Source: Tubiluchus corallicola
Lineage: Eukaryota > Animalia > Priapulida
Length of the DNA: 64,000 nt
NCBI GenBank assembly: GCA_030141605.1
Contig: JAQGDQ010000284.1
Span: 186,001 to 250,000, forward strand
Direction of reading: 5' to 3'
Below are positions 40,916-52,895 of this stretch, one piece after another. The notes under the pieces are model-generated. The model had not been told where the DNA came from. It saw nothing but the letters and a program-made list of their open reading frames with translations, and did not search any database. A program made the translations under genes and the position numbers. Each line of letters starts with the position of its first letter. The stretch's first letter is position 1.

Positions 40916-41367
40916 AGCCTTTTCACAATTCCAGCAATTGATGATGATCGTGAAAATGTCAAAGGTTGAGTGTGTACACAATTGCGTACACTTGACAACG
41001 GCTGGCAGCCCAGGCTGTTGTGATAGTAAGAGCTTTAACAGCTAACTAGAACCTTAGCTAGTTCATTTTTTTGTTCCCAAGCAAGATCCTGCTAGTAATT
41101 CGCTCTATGCACAGGCTAATGCATAATTAAGTTGACATTTTCACGATCATCATCAATTGCTTGAATTGTGAAAAAGCTTATTACATTAGTCCCTCAAACA
41201 TTCATTAGGACAGAAGATCTCCTAACACTAAAACAACTGATGTTACTGAACTGAGGCCGCAGATGGCTTTGCGTTACCCACATGTCACGTGATTGTTGTA
41301 GCTAAGACGCGTTGCTGTGGTACACTTAACCTTCGACCTACAGCAACAACGAAACTGTGAAAAGACT
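40916..41367 (-). mobile_element. MITE family A, copy 4, containing a 90-bp inverted insert
   Basis: Both termini present with flanking TA; 41132-41221 is the reverse complement of 40873-40962. Confidence 0.8.
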
Positions 41368-42119
41368 TATTTAGTTCATCAGTTACAGCATTTGGTTGGC
41401 ATGCTGGAAAATTTTTCTAGAGCAAATAGTAACTGTAAGAAAATTTAAAGTAGAATTATAAATGTCTCAAGTACTCAGAGAGGTCTAACTAAAAGCTTGA
41501 AGGCTGTGGACTCGTTTACAGCTGCTACTTAGTAGTCCATCAGACCAGAAACATTGCGATTACACCTGTAACTGTTCTGGATGCTGATCCCTGAAATTTG
41601 ACAGTTCCTGTTCCCATAGTGGCGCCTTCCCTTTCGTCTGTTACAACAGAACAACTGCAGAGTTTTTTGTAATTAAAAAACTGGACGATTTTATCAGTAA
41701 ACCATCGTATTTTGACAAAGGTGTCGTTTCACAGGTGTGATAACATTCATTTTCTTCGTTTCAAAATCATCCACTAGAGATTACATCTTTCAAACCCGCG
41801 TCTGCGCAGTGGAGCAGCACCATTGTGATGTCTGACAGCTAAGTACCTGCTCTGCTAGACTTGTTACTGTTACCCATCATTTTGGGGTAGAAAATTGTCG
41901 TTTCTGAGCCCATTCAGCGCATGGATGGAGCATTGGGTGATTAGGAACCGTATTGTCAAGCCTCAGTTGTGCCCTGTGAAGTGGTTATGATGGATAGCCT
42001 AGGTTTAGAGTCAGAACGAACTGACATCAAGGTTGGGCAACAAATACGTTGTAGACAAAAATAACGAAAAATTTCTGTTTTTACTACAGGCACATAAAAC
42101 GTTTATATTAAAAAACAAC

Positions 42120-42240
42120 ACAACTTTATTAAAAACTTTGACATTAAAAAGTTAAAATCATGTCAAATGTTTCGATTAGCTGCTGCTGCCTTCATCAGTA
42201 GTAAATTTTTCAAACGTACAACCAGTTTATATAGGCAGAG
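42120..42240 (-). mobile_element. Penelope-like pseudo-LTR with degenerate minimal hammerhead motif
   Basis: Minus-strand order: TATATAAA (42233-26), CTGATGAAG-N15-CGAAAC (42198-42169), AATAAA (42130-25). Confidence 0.55.
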
Positions 42241-42459
42241 CCTATTATGCACTAATTAAGTAGTTAACAGACCAGTAAAGAAATTGATACAGTAACTTAA
42301 CTTATGCACTAATTATGTATTTAGACAAACCAAAAAGGTAATGATTAAGCAGACCTGAAGAAAAGAAATTCATACAGTAACAAATAGCTAAATGCTTGAA
42401 AACAAATCTAAACTAATGTCCAATTCCTCTTCATTAATCATTAGTAATCATTAATCTTT

Positions 42460-42905
42460 ACAACAACAACAACAACAATGATGATAACAACGACGACGAC
42501 GACCACCACCACCACCACAACAGCAGCAACAACAACAAGAGGAACAACAACAACAATGATGATAACAACGACGACCACCACCACCACAACAACAGCAGCA
42601 ACAGCAACAACTGCAACAACAACAACAACGATGATAACGACGACCACCACCACCACAACAACAACAATGATGATAACAACGACCACCACCACCACCACAA
42701 CAATGATGATAACAACGACGACCACCACCACCACCACAACAATGATGATAACAACGACAACCACCACCACCACCACCACAACAACAACAACAACAGAAAC
42801 CACAACAATGATGATAACAACGACGACCACCACCACCACCATTACAACAACAACAATGATGATAACAACGACGACAACGACCACCACCACAACAACAACA
42901 GCAAA
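42460..42905. repeat. Compound trinucleotide array (ACA/ATG/ACG/ACC) with recurring higher-order block
   Basis: Block acaatgatgataacaacgacgaccaccacc recurs about 8 times. Confidence 0.92.
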
Positions 42906-44359
42906 ACAATGCTATGTGTTCCTGTGATGATAACGATACCAAATAATCGTCAGTGCAGTCATTGGTGCAACTGAAGTTCTCTTTAACCATCACTTACCCA
43001 CTCTTTCACTAAAACAAAGGATGTAAAATAAAAACATGGCAGGTTTTTCCACGATATCGCCAGCATCCTCTTCTTCATTTGGAGAGCACTTTCAATTCTG
43101 CGCAGTTTCTTTAGAGTGGCACCTCATGTTTGCATGTCCTTCAATACCTGACAACCAAGTTTTTTAAACTCCAGAAATATTAATATCCAACTGTTGGGAG
43201 AACTCTTCAAATTTCAATAAATCTCAGTTTTCAAGCGTTCTGTTTGCACACTTGCAGTCGTAAATGCAGTTCCTAAAATTAATTAAATCTGTTGTTTAAT
43301 TTGCCAACTAATAAATACGCCCAAATATGGAAAATTTATCATTTTAGGAAGCTGTGAGTTCTCATGGCATTTTTTCAGTCTACTACAAAAACAAAGCAAT
43401 GCATATAAACTACAGCTTTATTAAATCTCAAAGCTGCATGAAGTTATACTCCAGTGTAAACACTTAAATTAGCTTGCTTACTGCTGCAGTTTAAAATAAA
43501 AAATATTTTTGACTAGGTTAGAAAGACAATAAGATAGTATATTGTAATGTAATAATAACAATAATAAATGCTTTATTTGACAAAGATAAACACAAGTACA
43601 ATTAACAAATTACAGACTTAAATAAACAATGCATACAGGAATACAGGACTCTTTTTAAATGTAGTTGATTAAAAGAATACCATAATTTATAACAAACATA
43701 CGTATATCTACATATGTATTACAGTGCTAACTGAATACATTAATTCTTAGCAAAATTAATTCTTATCTCTTAATTTAGAATCACACGTATTGTTGAAACA
43801 ATACAACAAATAATGTATATTGTTATAATTAATACATTTTGCATTATATGTATCGAATTATTGAACACTAATGCCTGGAATTTTGTTTTCATCTAAAATG
43901 CAGTGCACAGTAAGTCGTGTTCCTTAGGGATCAACTTTGGCGCCTCGGGCTTTTAGCAAGTACATAACTTCTTTATGTTATTCACAAAAAACTCTCATTT
44001 AACTTTTTCATTAAAGCAACGATTACACTAGGAATACGAAACCGGTATACAACCTGGTTTTCGCCATCTTAAACAAATGTCAGTTTTTTTACTTTTACGG
44101 TCAAGGCAAGTTTAACTAAAGTGTTAGTTTAGTTAAAACATAATTTATTTAGGATTGGATCAGACACAACATGATTTAGGATCCTCACCACAACAGACTT
44201 TATACACTATTTGCAAAAAATCTACAATAAGAATAGACTATAACTACACTAGCTGACATGTTTTACTACCAGAATACATTAGACATTAGTAGAAAGTGAC
44301 GGTTGGAAAATATTAATCTACGAATATTTAAGACTGATGCATTTCACATCAGATAGAAA

Positions 44360-44630
44360 CTACTGGAAGCGTTTACTACGTAATATAAAGTCATGTATAC
44401 ATTGGAATATTTTACAGATAGCAACATAGTTAAATTCATCTTTTCCGAATAATAACAACTTCAACAGATCATTATTTCCTAAGGCAGCTATATTAAGGTT
44501 TTCGGGCAGAAGTATTTCATTTAATTTGTCAAACATAACAACCCTAGCTAGTTGATACAATGGGCAGTGCAACAAAAAGTGTTCAACAGACTCAAATCGA
44601 AATCCACAGTTACAATTCGGCAATATTGGA
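44360..44630 (-). mobile_element. LINE ORF2 C-terminal zinc-knuckle remnant (CR1-group-like)
   Basis: CNCG...ESVEHFLLHCPLY...R...LLLFG...FILRSKRF*. Confidence 0.8.
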
Positions 44631-46269
44631 TGACCGTTAAACTAAAGTGTTAAAGTCCCGTGCACCCGTTTTTCTACGCTGTGGTGTAGCAACACATTGG
44701 AAACATCGTCAACCATTCTGCTTCCAATGTTTATCAGCATCTGCACTAATGGCTAACACAGTTTGTGAGACAGACTGCATTGACAGATGTTCTAGTCACA
44801 GTATTGAAAGTGAAAGGCGATAGCATCGTTTGACTATCGCTCCACAGCCCTGCTACCGATCATAATTTGACTTGATGCATGGGAAGCATTGTTTGTACGT
44901 TATCTGACTTCTGTTGCTGTTATAAGATTGTGTACTAAATCATGGAAATTTTTAATATTGGTCACCAACAAACTGCGTCAAAGATCTCGCGTATTGCTCA
45001 CACTATTTGTCGTTTGCCAAGAATTTTAACGGAAGCGGTGCTGACAAGCCACTGGCGTAGCAGTGTCTGGTTTTTTGCTGGATTACTGCTGCGTTTACCT
45101 GTCTGAAGGCAGATTTCTTTTATTTTAGAATTCTGCCTGCCCAATGTCTACGATACACGTGACGGGCATATGATGATGATGACGATGATGATGATGACAA
45201 GAATACGGTGTAAAAGTTAATTGTTCTAATTAGTTTAACGATTACGTCTTTTAAACTCGTAGCGAAGGTGTTACCATCTTCTTCGTTAACACTGCAAAGT
45301 TTTCTCAAAATCTAGAAGAAATTTGAACTGTTTTCTTTTGTTTAAATTATAACAGCCATCCTATTGTTACGTAATGATTTCGTTCATTGTCTGTAACCGT
45401 GTTTGTGTCCTCCTCTCTGTATCACCATTGCAAAAAATATGCTTGATTTTTAAAAAAAAATGTCAATTGTATTCCATAAGCATCCTTGCTCGGACCTGCC
45501 CATCTTGGTAAATTATTGACAGAGCTCTCATGCATTCCATTACATCCCTTGCACACGTTTGTCAAATATCGCCTGGTGTTCACTTTATGTACTTTAAGGT
45601 CTTTTGTTAACGTGGCTCCTATTTTGCAATTACAGTAAATTCCGCCTAACTCAAAACCCATGACTCAGATTTTCGCCTGACTCAGAGGAATTTCAGCGGA
45701 ACGGATGAATTCCTTCGTTTTTCTTACAAAAAACACCGATTAACTCAAAATATATAACTCAAAATTTCCTCTTACTCAATAAAAAATTACGATCCATTTA
45801 ATTAAAATACATAATTTACTTTATGATTTACTTATGACTTATTTTATGACTTACACCCATGATTTACTTAATAATCAAAAATGCCATTCATCCTCTAGAA
45901 AAGTAAAAAGTTTCTTACAACTTAAAAACAGTATTGTCTTCCGGGAAAATTTTGATGTCTTACAAGTCACCCCTCCCGATTATTTTCCCAGGGATAGATC
46001 TTAATTGAACTACGGGCAAACTGAACTGCACTAAGTAAGACATTGGTAGCCCCACTGTCATATTGTTTAACAGGGTTGTATACGTGTCCATTTGTAACAT
46101 AAAAACTTTCTGCCTTCTATTCAGCTCTTCGTCTGGACGAGGGTTTATAGTTTCTATGCTGGACAATGGTCAGCATCGCCTAACTCAAGTTTTTTCGACC
46201 CGATTGGATTTGTTTTATCCAGAGTTTATTGTATTTGATTCGAAATGCACTTCGAGCATTAAAGACCGT

Positions 46270-46370
46270 TTCCCTTGCTTTTCAAAACTGACCGTCTCCC
46301 TTGCATTTCAAAACTGACCGTCTCCCTTGCATTTCAAAACTGACCGTCTCCCTTGCATTTCAAAACTGAC
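46270..46370. repeat. 27-bp tandem repeat, about 3 units
   Basis: tcccttgcatttcaaaactgaccgtc repeated. Confidence 0.9.
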
Positions 46371-47088
46371 GTCCATGTGGAGTTTCAATGATTCGATGGT
46401 TTAAACTTTTTTTTAAAGTCAAAACACTACACAAACGAGTTCGAATCAGTCTGTTTATCTATTTTATGTTTTTTGTCTTTCTTTGCCCAATCAGATTTGA
46501 TGTAGGTGTATATGTACGTCAGTTAGTGGTCAGCATTAATTACATTCACGTCTACAATCCTGTGTAAGTCTGTGTCACATGCATCCGCCCATGTGACACG
46601 TCCAACATTCTAGTTGACACGTGACTAGACGCTCAGGTACCAGGATTGTTGTCGTCAATCGATGTTCAATACTCGTCTGACACGGTCTACAACAAGCAAT
46701 TGGAGTGGGCGTTTGTGAAGCATATGGTTTCATTGTTATCTCAAGTACCCTGCACACGTTTTAGATGAAGTGGTTGATGGTGGTGTGACGTTGTATGGCG
46801 AACCTTCACATATCTGCTGCAACAGATGGTGGGTAATGGTGGTCTCGCCAAACTTCTCAGACGAGTTAATCTCTGACAAACCTTAAATAGGTTCACCATT
46901 TGGGATATATGGTCACGTGACGTTTTTTGTGGCCCATTTGTTACTATATTGTTATATGATGAAATTTAACGCAAAACCGGACCCGATGTTGAACTCTAAG
47001 TACAAGCAAACTGCTTTTTAAAATTTTGAAAGGAAATAAACTATTTTTTCAAAAATGAGCTACGCAAGAATTATTACCACACAAACAC

Positions 47089-47315
47089 AATTTGACGTTC
47101 GCCCCACTAGTTCTTTGCTGTTACATGCATTTCGCAATTCGTTAGTTAGACGGGCACTAGCCACCTACATTTCGGCAATGCATTGCACATAAAACAGGTG
47201 CTGTACCTCTCAGTTCAGATGTGTTAGTTTGTGACGAACTACACACGTTCGACAGCTCGTGCAAGGGCACAGCAGTAAATTTAAAATTTGAATTTTTATC
47301 TTGAAACTTGCCTAG
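47089..47315 (+). repeat. Dispersed repeat family B copy
   Basis: cactagttctttgctgttacat shared with 55843; downstream part shared with 2411-2580. Confidence 0.75.
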
Positions 47316-49489
47316 TTTTAGTACAACACACTGAATATCTTACAGTAGCACTGTACTTCAATTTTCACTTTCTCAAACGCGTGCAATACGCTCGTGGACA
47401 ATTTTGACAAATAATGTGCCAAGGCCCAAGGTGACAATATAATTTTGATTGATGAAGAAATTAGTTTGATGAGAAAACTATTAAGCAAATTTCTAGTTCC
47501 GGTCATGCAAACTAGAACCTGGCAAGGTCATAATTATTTCGACTCTATAAAGTTTGCATTTTTATCTTTACCTCTTGGATCTTAATTCCTCTAAGTAATG
47601 TAGTTTAATAATTGATGGGGTCTAAGTAACATCATGCTGATCATGCTGTTGCTTATACGCTGGTGTTCTTAACTCTAAAACGTTTGTGGATGAACTTAAG
47701 GACAAGAAAAGAGGTACCTGAAGTAGGCAAGCAAAAAGGTACCTGAAGTAGGTTTCAGAAAAATCGCCTTAAAAATTAAATTATTTTACAGCAATTTTAT
47801 GCGCATATGGTGCTCGCGTTGAAAGGAATTTTTGTTTGTTTTCGTTTTAAATCTCCCGCGATATTGTTCCGACCACGTCATCACATGACGTCATAAACGC
47901 ACAACGTAAATCACGGGAAAAGTAAATGTTAAATAATGTCCCAAAAAACTTTCTATGCAAATCTATATTACTTAGCATTTCGCCTACCTGCTTGAGAGAC
48001 TTATGTAACTGCTAAAGAAAATTATTAATCATTTAAAATGTTTTCACCAATTGGTAAAATGTCGCTACTCACTAACCAAAAAACGTATTTTTAATCTTAT
48101 TGACAAGATACGGTAATTTTGAATTTTACTTAGTTAGTGACGTGTCCGCTACGAATGCTCTGATTATTTTTCAAACTTTACAAAATGTTATCTAAACCTT
48201 TTTCAAATGACTTATCGTCAAAATGGCTGCGTCTAACGGTCATCGCATGAGTTTAAATTTACACAGTTTTATACAGCGTTACTGCCGACGCAAGCCGTAC
48301 TTGCAAAAAGACTGTGTATAAATGGTGTAAAATTTCTAGACGATTTTTGTGAGTGAAGAGTTTTCTTGTGGTTTAAGAAACGTTCTTCGTCATTTCTAGA
48401 ATTCCTTGGTATGAAATATTTTCTTTTGAGTCTCTTTGTCCAGTGAATCATTTATCAGTAGTTAACAGGAATTTGCCTTGACATAATTCTCTTCCAACCT
48501 AGAAGGGCCATTTCTGATATCAAGAAATACCCTTTTACCAGTCAAGAAGTGTCATTTTACAGCTTTCACTACGTGCTCAGACATGCAACACTCTGCACAG
48601 CTGTCAATACTGGACATTCTAATGCATTGACCATTGTCCAGGCCTTCTTCAACCGTTCCAGTCCACTTTTGCCATTGTTGAAAAATTGCTATTGTGTAAC
48701 CGTAAACTCGCGGGGCGGAACCAGGATCGGTAAAGGGTTGCGTGGTTGTTCGAGGCGTTTGCAATGCTGACATGATAAACATCAAATGTTCTTTGCACAG
48801 TGATCGTTACTTTTGTGAACTCCTTAACTTACTTTTACATCTGGAACTTGGTCTTAAAATTGACTTGCTTTCCACATCCAGGCAAAGTTCGTGTGCTTGG
48901 TCACCCCCCTCCAATGCCCAGAGCTCTTGACTACCCTGGGATTTCTCTACCTATTCTATTGTTTATCACTGACCTTGTTCCACGTCTGTTCGTATTTTAG
49001 GAAGTGTGACATGTGTGCGGAGGCTATTTTCGTACAACTTAGTTGGCGTTCCCACACAGCTTGCCTTCCCAAGTCTCCTCTTCTCTATCTCACCTTTAAG
49101 TAGCCCTCTTTTGTTTTTGTCTTAGAGATGCTAGGAGATTAAGCTTTCTCCTGTAATTAGCGTCTACGTAACTGCAATAGTTTTGCATTGTAGAGGTTTT
49201 ATTGCCTACCCAGTTTCTCATGGGCAGGTAGAAAGTTTTAGCTAGAATTTCAATGGTCAAACTCAATTTCAATTTAAAACTCCATGCTTAGTTTCGGCAA
49301 GTCTTATAATGATTAATTATATCTGATACTTATTCAGGCTTTTACCTGTGCAGGGATAGTATAAAAATTTGCTTTTGGTCTCAAAAATAACCACCATAAA
49401 GCGGGCCTTAAACAAGGTCTGTCTCTTTCTCTCTCTCTCTTTCCCTTTTTCACTTTCTTGCTGTCTCTCACACTTCCTCTCTTTCACTT

Positions 49490-49692
<203 letters not shown>

Positions 49693-49825
49693 TCTTCCCC
49701 CTTCCTTTATGCTGACGATGGCAGCAGCAACAAATGGTGCTAGAAAAGAGACAGTTTTGTTCTTTTTTAAACAAATTATTTATGTGTCCTCTCTTACGCA
49801 ATGTACGTATTTTTTTCTTCTTTAG

Positions 49826-49980
49826 GTGGTGGAGGAGGCCTGTCCACATCTCAACCATCGTCATCTCCTCAAGGAGAGAAACCTCTTCACATGACTCGTT
49901 CACAATCGTCGCCGTCACCACGTCGCGGGACACCGCGGATTCTGTCGCCAACTCGGACACGGTCAAGTCCGAAATCGTGA
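49826..49980 (+). CDS. INO80: INO80 terminal coding exon ending in TGA
   Basis: Acceptor tttttttcttctttag|GT. Phase 1 continues the frame: (G)GGGGLSTSQPSSSPQGEKPLHMTRSQSSPSPRRGTPRILSPTRTRSSPKS*. LHMT is also in the recalled vertebrate INO80 tail. This frame is not in the supplied ORF track. Confidence 0.8.
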
Positions 49981-50324
49981 AAACCGTTTTCTTATTGCCT
50001 ATCGTTGAACTACATGTCATTAACTGTGTAATTGCATCATTAATTGCAGAATTTGTGTCGCAGATGACTTGGGTTCGAATCCCATTGTAGCAAAAATTAC
50101 AATTTATTTCAAAACTCGTTCAGAACTTAGAGATTGGCCTTTTAATGTGACCTTATAATTATGAAATCCAACCAGTTAGAATCTGCAATGTTTATTGATG
50201 TTTTAACTTTATACAACTTCGTGAAGATGTATTAAAAACCTTTAACTTTCAAGTATATCACATATGTGTTAATACGACTTGTAGTTAAACTTTTTACAAA
50301 GTCAGTTTGTATTTATGTCTTGGA

Positions 50325-50505
50325 ATAGCTTCTTGGTTTGGCATAGCTGTCCATGGCTTCTTGGTTTTGCATGGCTTGCCATGGCTTCTTGGTTTGGCAT
50401 GGCTTGCCATGGCTTCTTGGTTTTGCAAGGTATTGCCATGGCTTCTTGGTTAGGCAAGGTATTGCCATAGCTTCTTGGTTTGGCATGGCTCGCCATAGCT
50501 TCTTG
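50325..50505. repeat. ~28-bp minisatellite, possibly in the 3' UTR
   Basis: gccatggcttcttggtttggcatggctt repeated about 6 times. Confidence 0.9.
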
Positions 50506-50804
50506 ACTTGAATGTACAATGATCAGCCGGTCATTCAAATTAGTTGATACACGAGGTATGAGTACTTATGTACAATATTAGCTAATATTACTATAGATAA
50601 GCAAATCTAATTACGTAGATTGCTTACATGAAGTTATTGTAAATTTGCCAACTTAGCTAAATAATAGTAACAAAAGTTGCATTGATACTCTGTCTGTAAT
50701 TATCCTTCTCTATACAATGAAGTATTCATAATTGGCTATGAAATACACATTCAGAATCCATGACCGTAAACTGTCTATTTAAACTATCACATAGTTTACG
50801 TGTC

Positions 50805-51145
50805 AGCGTGTTAGTCTGCCTATCTGTGCATATTAATAGGCTGCATATCAGGTTGTTAGTCTGCCTATCGGTGCTTATTAATAGCTTACCTAACAGCCTG
50901 TTTGTCTACCTATCTGTGCATATTAATAGGCTACCCATCAGCCTGTTAGTCTGCCTATCTGTGCTTATTAATAGCTTACCTAACAGCCTGTTTGTCTGCC
51001 TATCACTACATATTAATAGGCTATCCATCAGCCTGCTAGTCTGCCTATCTGTGCTTATTAATAGCTTACCTAACAGCCTGTTGGTCTGCCTAACTGTGCA
51101 TGTAATGAGTTACCTATCAGCTTGTTTATCTGCCTGTCTGTGCAT
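50805..51145. repeat. Minisatellite of alternating ~45-bp variants
   Basis: gtctgcctatctgtgc..attaatag repeated. Confidence 0.85.
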
Positions 51146-51442
51146 GTTAATTCAGGACTGAATAGATAACATTTTCAATTATGCATAAATAATTAAACAT
51201 TAACTTTGGTATTTATTAGACGAAATGCTGTTCGTGTTCAATAAATTTACCTGCGTTCGGTAAACGACTTCATGTGAATTTGATGTTTTCTGTTGTTGAT
51301 AATCTTTAATAAGATTCACTCATTACAGAAATTAAAGTTTGGTGCAATAACTACGAATCGTACACAAGAAAATAATAGTCTTTAATAGGCTTGCTAAATT
51401 TTTGTGCGTAAGTGGTGCTGACAGGCATTGTAATGTTTAGTG

Positions 51443-51927
51443 CAGGGGTGTGCAAATTGCGGCCCGCCGAGAGAATTTGTGCAGCCTACGAAGAGATTTG
51501 TCAACCTAATGAAAGTGCGGCCCGGGCGATTAATTGAGTGTATCCAGCTGAAGTCCGTGCCACGATTCCAAAGATAGTGCGGTTAGTTTTTTCTACTAGA
51601 TCGGATGCCATTAACCCTTACAAGATGGTTGTTTAGCTTAATGTCACTGTACTACACAGACTGTGTGATACACATTACTAATATGCATTGTAATGAAATT
51701 ACCACTATCTGTCCTGAAAGTAGAAATATATGGTTTGTAATATAAATTTTAATAACTTCTAAAATAGTTTCTTGAGTGTAGTAGTAATGATGTACGCAGG
51801 TCGGATGCAAAAAAAATCGTTATTAGGTCCTACTGTACTTGGCTCCTTGATCAATCTGCCTGTGGCCCGCAGGAATTGTGGGAAAGTTTAATGTGGCCCG
51901 GCTAGTCAGATAATTTGTACACCCCTG
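51443..51927 (+). mobile_element. hAT (Charlie-type) MITE, 485 bp
   Basis: TIR CAGGGGTGTGCAAATT / AATTTGTACACCCCTG (15/16); TSD gtttagtg / gtctagtg; GGCCCG subterminal motifs. Confidence 0.9.
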
Positions 51928-52389
51928 GTCTAGTGTTTCTTAGACTAATGTTTGCAACTCAAATGACACAGCCATGATCATATAAAACCTTGCCAAGTTT
52001 GACCATGTTCACTAGTTGATGTGCCTTATCTGTTTTGAAAGCAGATTTCTTTTACAATGGAATTTGTTCAGTGTAGCATTGAGATTAGCTTGATAGTAAT
52101 TTATTAATTATAATTATTAATAATTTATTGAATATTTTAATGCCTTTTACATGATGATCAAATGGATTTTCGAAACAAAGGACCATCAAAATTAGTAAAA
52201 AATAATTCATAAAATATATAAATCAGTTAGATATGTACAGCAAACATAAATAGGGAAATTTCTTTTGAATAAATGTAAAGTATCTTCTTAATATCTGTCA
52301 TCTAATGATACTCCACTTTCGTTGTCAAAGGGTTACATTAATGTGAACATTCCCTTGATAAACGACATAAAAATATGAAAAAAACATTT

Positions 52390-52895
52390 GAAACCCAACT
52401 TTACGGAATGGAAGAAAATGTGAAAAAATGTTGACAAACCTTGGATTTGAACCTACAACCTTTGGATTATAAGTTTAGTGCTATGACTCTTAAATACATT
52501 ATAAATGCATAAATACATGATATTATGCATTAACATTAAATTAAAGAAAGACGTATTATTGTATAAAACGTGTTGTATATAGTATATAATTCATATTTAG
52601 GTACATTTTATTAGGAGTTTTTTAATGAGAGATACTCAATCTAAGGGATTTTTTTATAGATTTTATTTTTGTGCATCTTTATGTCTTATAGGGCCAGCGT
52701 AAATGCGCATGCGCCTGCTGATTCTTTCTTTGATACAATTTTCATATATGTATAAATGTAAAATGAAAAAATAGAGCATAGTTGATCACAAAGGGCTAGT
52801 GATCATCTCACTGGACTCGTAATCCAAAGGTTCCAGGTTCAAATCTGGAATCAATCATGACTTTCTTATTTTCTTTTCCGTTAAACTTGATTTTA
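52390..52895. repeat. Divergent inverted pair of tRNA-like arms
   Basis: TAATCCAAAGGTT..AGGTTCAAATC on - (about 52444-52470) and on + (52820-52845), with similar downstream tails. Confidence 0.55.

Noticed and set aside
42441-42993. Mucin-like Thr-rich or Cys/Gly-rich ORFs
   Set aside because: Compound microsatellite; no splice sites or signal peptide recognised.
45631-45800. Tigger-like left end tacagtaaattccgcctaactc
   Set aside because: No matching right TIR found.
48400-49000. GC-richer coding-like stretch
   Set aside because: No recognisable motif or sustained frame; probably a decayed element that I cannot assign.
49734-50090. 118-aa + strand ORF in the track
   Set aside because: Wrong frame; the phase-compatible exon frame ends at TGA 49978-49980.
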